In this document: positions 1 through 7,270 of the stretch, in pieces
Layout: every line of letters begins with the position of its first letter
How positions within the stretch are numbered: position 1 is the stretch's first letter
Assembly (NCBI GenBank): GCA_041611735.1
Contig: JBFIML010000056.1
Location: 1-19,572, forward strand
DNA: 19,572 nucleotides
Direction: 5' to 3'
From: Myxococcota bacterium
GTDB taxonomy: Bacteria; Myxococcota_A; UBA9160; PR03
Notes under the pieces: model-generated
Database searches by the model: none
Seen by the model: only the letters and a program-made list of their open reading frames with translations
What the model was told of the DNA's origin: nothing
Translations under genes and position numbers: made by a program

Positions 1-1
1 A

Positions 2-1756
2 CTCGTCCTGGGTGAGCTGGAGCGGGCCCGTCAGGCGCTCCGGATCGAAACCGAGATCAAGGAGAAGGTCCAGAGCGAGATGGGCAAGACGCAGCGGGAC
101 TACCTGCTGCGTCAGCAGCTGGAGGCGATCCGGCGCGAGCTAGGCGAGGCGGAGGACGAGGGGGCCGAGGTGGAGCGCCTGCGCGAGCGCATCCAGGCGG
201 CCGGCATGCCCGAGGAGGCCGCCAAGCAGGCCGCTCGCGAGCTCGAACGCCTGTCCCAGACGCCGGCGGCCTCCGCCGAGTACGGCGTGATCCGGACCTA
301 CCTCGAATGGATGGCGGATCTGCCCTGGTCGAAGCTCTCCGAGGACAGCCTCGAGGTGAACCAGGCGCACCGCATCCTGGAGGAGGACCACTGGGACCTC
401 GAGAAGGTGAAGGACCGCATCCTCGAGTACATCGCGGTGCTGGCCCTGAAGCGCGACCTGAAGGGGCCGATCCTGTGCTTCGCCGGCCCTCCCGGCACCG
501 GCAAGACCTCCCTGGCCCGATCCATCGCGCGCGCCCTGGGCCGGCAGTACGTGCGCGTCTCCCTGGGTGGCGTGCGCGACGAAGCGGAGATCCGGGGCCA
601 CCGTCGCACCTACGTGGGCGCCCTGCCGGGACGCATCGTCCAGGGCCTGCGTCGCGCTGGAACCCGCAATCCCGTCTTCCTGCTCGACGAGATCGACAAG
701 GTCGGCACCGACTTCCGGGGCGACCCCTCCTCGGCGCTGCTCGAGGTGCTCGATCCCGAGCAGAACGCGAACTTCAGCGACCACTACCTGGAAGTGCCCT
801 TCGACCTCTCGCACGTGCTCTTCATCGCCACGGCCAACTGGATCGACCCGGTGCCCGCCGCGCTGCGCGACCGCATGGAGGTGATCGAGCTCCCCGGTTA
901 CACCGAGGAGGACAAGCTCGAGATCGCGCGTCGCTACCTGGTGCCACGCCAGCGCAAGGCCAACGGCCTGGAGGCACTTGCCCTCGAGCTGCCGGACGCG
1001 ACCCTGCGCAGCTTGATCCGCAGCTATACGCGCGAAGCGGGCGTCCGCAACCTGGAGCGAGAGATCGGATCGGTGTGCCGCAAGGTCGCCCGCCGCGTCG
1101 CCGAGGAAGGTTTGCAGGGGCCGGTGCGCGTACAGCCCGAGGAGCTGCCGGACCTGCTCGGCCCGGTCCGCTTCGAGCCGGAGCTGGCGGAACGGGCCGG
1201 GCGTCCCGGCGTCGCGGTGGGGCTCGCCTGGACGCAGGCCGGAGGCGACATCCTCTTCGTCGAGTCCACGCGCATGCCCGGCGAGGGAGGCCTGAAGCTC
1301 ACCGGCTCGCTCGGCGACGTGATGCGCGAGTCCGCCGAGGCCGCGCGTTCGTGGCTTCGCACCCACGCTGCCTCCGTGAACGTGGACCGCGAGGTCTTCG
1401 ATCACTCCGATCTGCACCTGCACGTGCCCGCCGGCGCCGTGCCCAAGGATGGCCCCTCGGCCGGTGTCGCGATGGTCACGTCGCTGGCCTCGCTCTTGAC
1501 GGCCCGCCCCGCCCGCCCCGACGTGGCGATGACCGGGGAGATCACCCTGCGCGGGAAGATCCTGCCGGTGGGCGGCATCAAGGAGAAGGTGCTGGCGGCG
1601 CGACGCGCGGGCATCCGCCGCGTGGTCCTGCCCGAGCGCAACCGGCGGGACGTGGACGAGATCGCGCCCGACCTGCTGAAGGGGCTCGAGCTGGACTACG
1701 TGGGGACCATCGGCGAGGCGCTGGAGGCCACCCTCGCCGCGGAGCGCGAGGCGTGA
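2..1756 (+). CDS. lon: ATP-dependent Lon protease (endopeptidase La), 5'-truncated by window edge
   Basis: Frame is open from base 2 (LVLGELERARQALRIETEIKEKVQSEM...). Walker A GPPGTGKTS, Walker B LLDEIDK, EIRGHRRTYVGALPG, catalytic Ser in PKDGPSAG and catalytic Lys region GGIKEK. Confidence 0.97.
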   Translation, partial: LVLGELERARQALRIETEIKEKVQSEMGKTQRDYLLRQQLEAIRRELGEAEDEGAEVERLRERIQAAGMPEEAAKQAARELERLSQTPAASAEYGVIRTYLEWMADLPWSKLSEDSLEVNQAHRILEEDHWDLEKVKDRILEYIAVLALKRDLKGPILCFAGPPGTGKTSLARSIARALGRQYVRVSLGGVRDEAEIRGHRRTYVGALPGRIVQGLRRAGTRNPVFLLDEIDKVGTDFRGDPSSALLEVLDPEQNANFSDHYLEVPFDLSHVLFIATANWIDPVPAALRDRMEVIELPGYTEEDKLEIARRYLVPRQRKANGLEALALELPDATLRSLIRSYTREAGVRNLEREIGSVCRKVARRVAEEGLQGPVRVQPEELPDLLGPVRFEPELAERAGRPGVAVGLAWTQAGGDILFVESTRMPGEGGLKLTGSLGDVMRESAEAARSWLRTHAASVNVDREVFDHSDLHLHVPAGAVPKDGPSAGVAMVTSLASLLTARPARPDVAMTGEITLRGKILPVGGIKEKVLAARRAGIRRVVLPERNRRDVDEIAPDLLKGLELDYVGTIGEALEATLAAEREA

Positions 1757-2571
1757 GCGTGCGTCGCACCGGGATCGCGAGTCTGCTGCTGCTGCTGGCT
1801 GCGGGCTGCGTGACCCGCGGGACCCATGGCGAGGTGGTGGACGAGCGCGACCGCCTCGCCAAGGAGCGCCACGCTCTCACGGAGCGCGTGCGTCTGCTGG
1901 AGGCCTCGAACACGAGCCTCTCCGCCGAGCGGATCCGACTGATCGACGAGCTCGAAGACCTGCGCCAGGAGCAGCAGGAGCTCGAGACGAGCGTGCAGGC
2001 CCTGCGGCGCGAGCGGTCGGTGCTGGAGGACAGCCTGAAGCAGCGCGAACAGACGCTGGCCGAGCTCTCCCGCCTGAAGGGGACCTACGAGGCCCTGGTC
2101 TCCGACCTGGAAGCGGAGGTGTCCTCGGGACAGATCCAGATCGAGCAGCTTCGCGAGGGGCTGCGCCTCAACGTGTCCGACGAGATCCTGTTCCCGTCCG
2201 GGTCCGCGGAGCTTTCCGGCCAGGGCCGCGACGTGCTGCGCCGCGTGGCGCGCCAGCTCCAGGAGGTCGCCCACCGGGTGGAGGTCCAGGGCCACACCGA
2301 CGACGTCCCGATCCGCGGCTCCCTCGCCCAGCGCTACGCGACCAACTGGGAGCTGGCCGGGGCGCGGGCAGCCCGGGTGGTGCGTCTGTTCGAGGAGCAG
2401 GGCATCGCCCCCGCCCGACTCGCCGCCATTTCGCTCGGCGAGCATCATCCGGTGACCCCCAACACGGATGCGGCGAGCCGAGCCCGCAACCGGCGCATCG
2501 AGATCCGCCTGATCCCGCCGCCTCCGTCCGCCGCCGCTCCCTCCGCGAAGGCCGCCGACCGAGCTCCGTGA
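1753..2571 (+). CDS. OmpA/MotB-family peptidoglycan-binding lipoprotein with coiled-coil linker
   Basis: GTG overlaps the lon stop (GTGA). Hydrophobic signal ends in lipobox LAAG|C (Cys codon 1807-1809), followed by a heptad-rich E/L/R segment and OmpA-C motifs ILFPSGSAEL, VEVQGHTDD, NWELAGARA and RARNRRIEI. Confidence 0.88.
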   Translation: MSVRRTGIASLLLLLAAGCVTRGTHGEVVDERDRLAKERHALTERVRLLEASNTSLSAERIRLIDELEDLRQEQQELETSVQALRRERSVLEDSLKQREQTLAELSRLKGTYEALVSDLEAEVSSGQIQIEQLREGLRLNVSDEILFPSGSAELSGQGRDVLRRVARQLQEVAHRVEVQGHTDDVPIRGSLAQRYATNWELAGARAARVVRLFEEQGIAPARLAAISLGEHHPVTPNTDAASRARNRRIEIRLIPPPPSAAAPSAKAADRAP

Positions 2572-3884
2572 GCCGCGCCGGCTCCGCCCGGGCCGAGCTC
2601 GAGGCGGTGTTCCGCGCCGCCCTGGCGGCGGTGGAGGGCGGTGCCTGCGTGCGACGCGTGGTCCGGTGCTCGGACGGGGAGCTGCGCATCGGCGACCGGC
2701 TGCAGCCACCCGGGGCGCGCCTGCGCCTGCTGGCAGCGGGCAAGGCCGCGGCCCCCATGGCCCGTGCCTTCGAGCAGATCGCGGGCCCGCGGCTGGTGGA
2801 GGGGCTCGTGGTGACCAAGGATGGCCACGGGCTTCCCCTGGAGCGCTGTCGCCTGCGCGAGACCGGGCACCCGGTGCCCGACGCGCGCAGCGAGCAGGCT
2901 GGGCGGGAGGCGCTCGGCCTGGCGGAGCGCGCGGGGCCCGACGAGGTGCTGGTGGTGCTGCTCTCGGGGGGGGCCTCGGCGCTGCTCGCGTGCCCGCTGG
3001 ACGGACTCCGCCTGGCGGACCTGCGGGTGACCACGTCGCTCCTGCTGGGCGCCGGGGCCGCCATCCACGAGCTCAACACGGTGCGCAAGCACCTGGGCGA
3101 CGTGGTGGGCGGCCGTCTGGCGCAGCAGGCCCGTGGCGCCCGCATCGAGTTGCTGGTGCTCTCGGACGTCCCCGGCGATCGGCTGGACGTGGCTGGCTCC
3201 GGGCCCTGCATGCCCGATCCCACCACCTTCGCGGAAGCGTGGGCGGTGGTCGAGGGGCGGGGGGTCGCCGGGCAGCTCCCGCCCGCGGTCCGCAGCCACC
3301 TGGAGGCGGGCCTGCGCGGCGAGCGGGCCGAGAGCCCGAAGCCTGGCCATCCCGCCTTCGGACGCGTCACCGCCACGATCCTGGCTTCCAACCGGACGGC
3401 CCTCGAAGCGGCGCGACGCCACGCGCTGGGGCGCGGGTGGCGCGCCTGCCTGGTGACCGGCGACCTGGCCGGCGAGGCCCGGGTGGCAGGTCGGCGGCTG
3501 GCGGCGCTCGGCCGCAGCCTGCGGGAGCGGCGGCCGGTCCTGCTGCTGGCGGGGGGCGAGACCACGGTCCGGCTGCGCGGTGCCGGTCGGGGAGGGCGCA
3601 GCCAGGAGCTGGCTCTGGCGGCAGCGATCGAGCTGGCGCAGTCCCCCGGGGTGGCGCTCCTGGCCGCCGGGACCGACGGGTCCGATGGGCCCACCGACGC
3701 CGCCGGGGCCTTTGCCGACGGGGCCAGCGTGGCCCGCGGACGGGCCCGGGGCGTGGACGCCCGCTCCGCCCTGGCCCGCAACGACTCCCATGCCTTCTTC
3801 GCCGCCGAAGGCGGCCTGCTGCGTACGGGGCCCACGGGAACCAACGTGATGGACCTCGTGCTCCTGCTGGTCGCCCCTGAATGA
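2568..3884 (+). CDS. Glycerate kinase type 2 (DUF4147/MOFRL family)
   Basis: GTGA overlap with the upstream stop. Motifs AAGKAA, HPVPD, LLSGGASAL, LNTVRKHL, SDVPGD, GGETTV, GTDGSDG, TGPTGTNVMD. Confidence 0.9.
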   Translation: MSRAGSARAELEAVFRAALAAVEGGACVRRVVRCSDGELRIGDRLQPPGARLRLLAAGKAAAPMARAFEQIAGPRLVEGLVVTKDGHGLPLERCRLRETGHPVPDARSEQAGREALGLAERAGPDEVLVVLLSGGASALLACPLDGLRLADLRVTTSLLLGAGAAIHELNTVRKHLGDVVGGRLAQQARGARIELLVLSDVPGDRLDVAGSGPCMPDPTTFAEAWAVVEGRGVAGQLPPAVRSHLEAGLRGERAESPKPGHPAFGRVTATILASNRTALEAARRHALGRGWRACLVTGDLAGEARVAGRRLAALGRSLRERRPVLLLAGGETTVRLRGAGRGGRSQELALAAAIELAQSPGVALLAAGTDGSDGPTDAAGAFADGASVARGRARGVDARSALARNDSHAFFAAEGGLLRTGPTGTNVMDLVLLLVAPE

Positions 3885-3998
3885 TCCCTTTCCGCCCGCG
3901 TCGAAGGCCGTGTAGCTTCTTGGGAGAGCCCGCGGCCGGGCAGCGCCGGGGCCGACCATTCGAGGCGCGCGGCAGGCGCGCGAGGGAGGAGAGCGACG

Positions 3999-4391
3999 GT
4001 GAGAGAGATCCGAGCCAGGCGCGCGTTCGCGGGCTTCGCGGCGATCACCTTCATCTTCGCGCTGGCCGTGGGTGGGGCGACCCCCGCCGAGGCCGCGCCG
4101 AAGAGCAAGCGTTCCCAGGGCAAGTTCGTGTCCTACGACGTTGCGACGAGCACGGTGACGATCAAGGAGAAGGGGAAGGAGCAGGTCTACAAGGTGAAGC
4201 CCGAGGGAACCGTCCTCACCAAGACCGTGGTCAAGATCAATGGCAAGGGCGCCAAGCTCGAGGAGCTTCCCGAAGGCGCGGCGGTCAACGTCTACTGGAA
4301 GAACGACGAGGCCGATCCGAAGCAGCGCTTCGCGCGCACCATCGATGCCCCCAACATCGACCAGGATCTCGACGACGGCTCGTTCGATTGA
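3999..4391 (+). CDS. Hypothetical secreted protein, 130 aa, probable small beta-barrel
   Basis: Purine-rich GAGGGAGGAG RBS upstream of GTG. Signal peptide ends in AEA|AP. Strong G/C third-position codon bias, Lys/Val/Thr-rich mature part, and a hairpin right after the stop. Confidence 0.8.
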   Translation: MREIRARRAFAGFAAITFIFALAVGGATPAEAAPKSKRSQGKFVSYDVATSTVTIKEKGKEQVYKVKPEGTVLTKTVVKINGKGAKLEELPEGAAVNVYWKNDEADPKQRFARTIDAPNIDQDLDDGSFD

Positions 4392-4397
4392 TGCCCG

Positions 4398-4432
4398 CGT
4401 CGGGGGTGGGGCTCCCGGCCCCACCCCCGACG
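4398..4432. terminator. Perfect 15-bp inverted repeat between convergent genes; probable terminator or RNA-stabilising hairpin
   Basis: CGTCGGGGGTGGGGC (4398-4412), loop TCCCG, GCCCCACCCCCGACG (4418-4432). It lies between the stops at 4391 (+) and 4451 (-). No U-tract on either side. Confidence 0.75.
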
Positions 4433-4450
4433 TGGATGATCCGAGCGGCT

Positions 4451-5362
4451 CTAGCTGGCCGCCTTCTCGAAGATGTCCACCCACTCGCGGTAGTTGGCCG
4501 CAATGCGGCGGACCGCTTCCTCGCGCTTGATGCGGTCCTGGTGCCAGTCCTTGATGGGATCCCAGAAGGTGGTGCGGCCCACGGCGAAGCCGATGTAGCC
4601 CGGGACTCCCGCAGCCGCCGCCAGCCACTCGCGCACCTTCTTGTCATCCTCGCCGCGGCCCAGCACGATGCAGCCGACCCGGTCGCGTCCCCCGCGCCGG
4701 ACCGCCTGGGCGACCTTCGCGCAGTCCTCCCGCCGATCGAGGCCCTCGATCTTCCACACGTCCGGCTCGATGCCGGCCTCCTGGATCTGGTGGACGGCCT
4801 GGACCATGAGCCGCGGCCGCACCTTCTGTTCGTAGGCCTTCTTGTCGCCCTTCACGGACTCGAGCTGCGTGTCGGTGGCCGGCACCAACAGCTCGAACAC
4901 GTACTTGTAGTCCTCCTTGTGGAGCCACTCCGAGAGCCGCTTGAGCCGCTCGTTTTGCCGCGCGTTCAGGTCGCGGTCGCCCTCCGGGTTGTAGCGCACG
5001 AGCACCTTCCCGAAGGTGGGATTCAGGGCCTTGATGTGCTTGCCGAAGTCCGCTCCGTATTCGAAGTCGAACTCGTCCTGGCCGCTCTTCTCGATGGTGA
5101 GGGCCACGGTGTATCCCTGCGCCACGGCGTCCCGGATGATCTTGCTGCCGAACTGCTCGTCGATCAGGATGCCGGCCTTCTCCTTGGCGACGCCGGCGGC
5201 CAGGGCCGCCTTGAAGCCGTCGTAGATGACCTCCTTGGTGCGTGCCATCTCGGCGGTCTGCTCCGGCGTGAGCTCACCGGGCCAGCCGAACATCTTCTTC
5301 TGGAAAGAGCCGCGGTGGTCGAAGGGCAGAATGTAGAGAGGGCGGTCGTAACCCAGGCTCAT
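4451..5362 (-). CDS. Stand-alone DUF2090 / IolC C-terminal-like class I aldolase-fold protein (303 aa)
   Basis: ATG at 5362 with AAGGAG RBS (5371-5376). Motifs LYILPFDHR, GILIDEQFG, EKSGQDEFDFEYG, KVLVRYNP, FELLVP, PDVWKIEG, CIVLGRG, GFAVGRTTF. Confidence 0.85.
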   Translation of the reverse strand: MSLGYDRPLYILPFDHRGSFQKKMFGWPGELTPEQTAEMARTKEVIYDGFKAALAAGVAKEKAGILIDEQFGSKIIRDAVAQGYTVALTIEKSGQDEFDFEYGADFGKHIKALNPTFGKVLVRYNPEGDRDLNARQNERLKRLSEWLHKEDYKYVFELLVPATDTQLESVKGDKKAYEQKVRPRLMVQAVHQIQEAGIEPDVWKIEGLDRREDCAKVAQAVRRGGRDRVGCIVLGRGEDDKKVREWLAAAAGVPGYIGFAVGRTTFWDPIKDWHQDRIKREEAVRRIAANYREWVDIFEKAAS

Positions 5363-5389
5363 GGCGAATCCTCCTTGAGGTGGCGAACC

Positions 5390-5395
5390 ATAGTA
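5390..5395 (-). promoter_or_regulatory. Candidate sigma70-type -10 element (TACTAT) for the DUF2090 gene
   Basis: TACTAT on the minus strand about 28 nt upstream of the ATG, conspicuous in GC-rich DNA. No convincing -35 element. Confidence 0.35.
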
Positions 5396-5434
5396 CGGGA
5401 AGCCGCCGGCCCACAAGCGCCGGCGAGCCGACGC

Positions 5435-5462
5435 TGGACGGGTGCCTGCGGGACGATAGACT
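5435..5462 (+). promoter_or_regulatory. Candidate sigma70-type promoter for the flavin reductase gene
   Basis: TGGACG (5435-5440), N16, TAGACT (5457-5462), upstream of the GAGGAGG RBS. Confidence 0.35.
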
Positions 5463-5482
5463 GCGCGCGGCGCGAGGAGGGG

Positions 5483-5980
5483 ATGTCGATCCGACCCGAG
5501 GAGTTCTTGCGGGCGCTGCGCCGGTGGGCGAGCGGCGTCACCATCGTCACCTCCCGGGCGGGCGAGCGAATCCACGGCATGACGGTTTCGGCCTTCGCCG
5601 CCGTATCGTTGCAGCCCCCCCTGGTGCTGGTCTGCGCCGACAAGGGCTCGGACACCCATGCGGTGATCGCCGAAACCGGGGTCTTCGCCGCCAACATCCT
5701 CGCGGCAAGCCAGAAGGCGCTCTCGCGCCGCTTCGCCCGCTCCGGGAACGAGGCGCAGCGCTTCGAGGGCCTCGCATGGCGCTCCGGGCCCACCGGCTCG
5801 CCGCTGCTGCCCGGGTCGCTGGCCAGTCTGGATTGCCGGGTCGTGGACGCCCACGATGCGGGCGATCACATGATCTACGTGGGGCGCGTGGAAGCGGTGG
5901 TCACGGGCAACCGGGAGCCGCTGCTCTACTTCGACGGCGCCTATCGCGCCCTGGCCCCGGCGGCACGCGTCCGGAAGTGA
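5483..5980 (+). CDS. Flavin reductase family protein (HpaC/RutF-like), 165 aa
   Basis: GAGGAGG RBS and ATG at 5483. Motifs ASGVTIVT, GMTVSAFAAVSLQPPLVLVC, FAANIL, GDHMIYVGRV, PLLYFDGAY. Confidence 0.93.
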   Translation: MSIRPEEFLRALRRWASGVTIVTSRAGERIHGMTVSAFAAVSLQPPLVLVCADKGSDTHAVIAETGVFAANILAASQKALSRRFARSGNEAQRFEGLAWRSGPTGSPLLPGSLASLDCRVVDAHDAGDHMIYVGRVEAVVTGNREPLLYFDGAYRALAPAARVRK

Positions 5981-5985
5981 GGGCG

Positions 5986-6072
5986 TGGTGCGGCAGAGAG
6001 GATTCGAACCTCCACGGGGTTGCCCCCGCCAGCCCCTCAAGCTGGTGCGTCTACCAGTTCCGCCACTGCCGC
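5986..6072 (-). tRNA. tRNA-Leu (anticodon GAG), CCA encoded
   Basis: Minus strand reads GCGGCAGTGGCGGAACTGGTAGACGCACCAGCTTGAGGGGCTGGCGGGGGCAACCCCGTGGAGGTTCGAATCCTCTCTGCCGCACCA. Acceptor stem GCGGCAG/CTGCCGC, anticodon arm CCAGC-TTGAGGG-GCTGG, long variable arm, GTTCGAAT T-loop. Position downstream of secG matches the known secG-leuU arrangement. Confidence 0.97.
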
Positions 6073-6087
6073 CCGCAAGGCGTGGCG

Positions 6088-6116
6088 AGGATACCGAACC
6101 GTCCGGGACGCGCCTA
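6088..6116 (-). promoter_or_regulatory. Candidate promoter for tRNA-Leu
   Basis: TAGGCG (6116-6111, overlapping the secG stop), N17, TATCCT (6093-6088), ending 15 nt before the tRNA 5' end. Confidence 0.4.
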
Positions 6117-6506
6117 GGGTGCCGGCGGAGTCGCAGCTGCCGGGTCTTGCGCTTCGGGCGGTGCGGCGCCTTCCGAAGCCGTTGCCGGCACCTCGGTGAA
6201 GGGCGACGACTCGCTCGTCGCCGCGCCGCGCTCCGCAGCGGGCGGCGCATCCTCCTGGAAGATGCTGCTCGTCGCACGCGTGTTCGCCAGGTAGGACAGG
6301 GAGAGGCTGGTCACCATGTAGATGATCGCGCCCCCGGTCGTCAGCTTGGTCAGGAAGTTGCCCGCCCCCCGGCTGCCGAAGACGGTGCTGCTGGCCCCGC
6401 CGCCGAAAACGGCACCGATCTCCGCGCCCTTGCCCCGCTGGATCAGGACGAGGACGACCATCATCACACAGACCATCACGTGCAGGACGGTCAGGAACAG
6501 CGTCAT
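6114..6506 (-). CDS. secG: Preprotein translocase subunit SecG
   Basis: ATGA overlap with the tpiA stop and GGAGGAG RBS. Sequence VLIQRGKGAEIGAVFGGGASSTVFGSRGAGNFLTKLT, two hydrophobic segments, low-complexity A/P/E tail. Confidence 0.95.
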   Translation of the reverse strand: MTLFLTVLHVMVCVMMVVLVLIQRGKGAEIGAVFGGGASSTVFGSRGAGNFLTKLTTGGAIIYMVTSLSLSYLANTRATSSIFQEDAPPAAERGAATSESSPFTEVPATASEGAAPPEAQDPAAATPPAP

Positions 6507-7270
6507 CGAGACTCCTCCGGCCGATCGAAACGCACGATGCGCAGGAAGCGCTCCGGGTCGAGGCTCGCACCCCCCACCAGGGCGCCGTCCACGTCGGGCT
6601 GCGCCATCAGCTCGTAGACGTTGTCCGGCGTCACCGAGCCGCCGTACTGGATGCGGATGCCGCGCCCGGCCTCGCCCATCTGTTTGGCCAGTCGCTCTCG
6701 CACGAAGGCGTGCGCCTCCTGCGCCTGCTCGGGAGTCGCCGTGCGCCCGGTTCCGATGGCCCAGACCGGCTCGTAGGCGATCACCACGTCCGCGGCGCGG
6801 TCCGGCGGCACGCGCGCCAGGCTCCCGTGGAGCTGCGTTTCCAGCACGTCCAGGGTGCGACCGGCTTCGCGCTCCTCCAGGCTCTCGCCCACGCACACGA
6901 TGGGGCGGATCTGATGACGCAGCAGGGCCTCGGCCTTGCGGGCCACGAACTCATCGATCTCCCCGAACAGGCGCCGTCGCTCGCTGTGGCCCACGATCGT
7001 GTAGGCACAGCCGAGGTCGGCCAGCATGGCCGGCGCCACCTCGCCGGTGAAGGCGCCCTTCGGCTCCGGGTGGACGTTCTGGGCCGCGAGCTGTACCCGC
7101 GAGCCGGCCAGGGCCTGGGCCACGCGGTCGAGGGCCACGAAGGGAGGAGCGAGCACGATGTCGACTCCGTCCAGCTCGCCGGCTCCGGGCAGGAAGGCCT
7201 CCACGAAGGCGACCGCCTCGGCCACGGTCTTGTGCATCTTCCAGTTGGCCGCGACGATCGGCCGCCTCAT
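6503..7270 (-). CDS. tpiA: Triosephosphate isomerase
   Basis: ANWKM, GAFTGEV, GHSERR, AYEPVWAIGTG, YGGSV, DGALVGGASL. Confidence 0.98.
   Translation of the reverse strand: MRRPIVAANWKMHKTVAEAVAFVEAFLPGAGELDGVDIVLAPPFVALDRVAQALAGSRVQLAAQNVHPEPKGAFTGEVAPAMLADLGCAYTIVGHSERRRLFGEIDEFVARKAEALLRHQIRPIVCVGESLEEREAGRTLDVLETQLHGSLARVPPDRAADVVIAYEPVWAIGTGRTATPEQAQEAHAFVRERLAKQMGEAGRGIRIQYGGSVTPDNVYELMAQPDVDGALVGGASLDPERFLRIVRFDRPEESR

Noticed and set aside
307-1752. N-terminal extension of the 754-aa ORF ending in the OmpA domain
   Set aside because: It is an off-frame shadow of lon with R/G/P-rich nonsense composition. The real start is at the signal peptide (1753).
5986-6072. tRNA-Leu as an integration site for a genomic island
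   Set aside because: I saw no duplicate of the tRNA 3' end and no integrase or transposase in the window.
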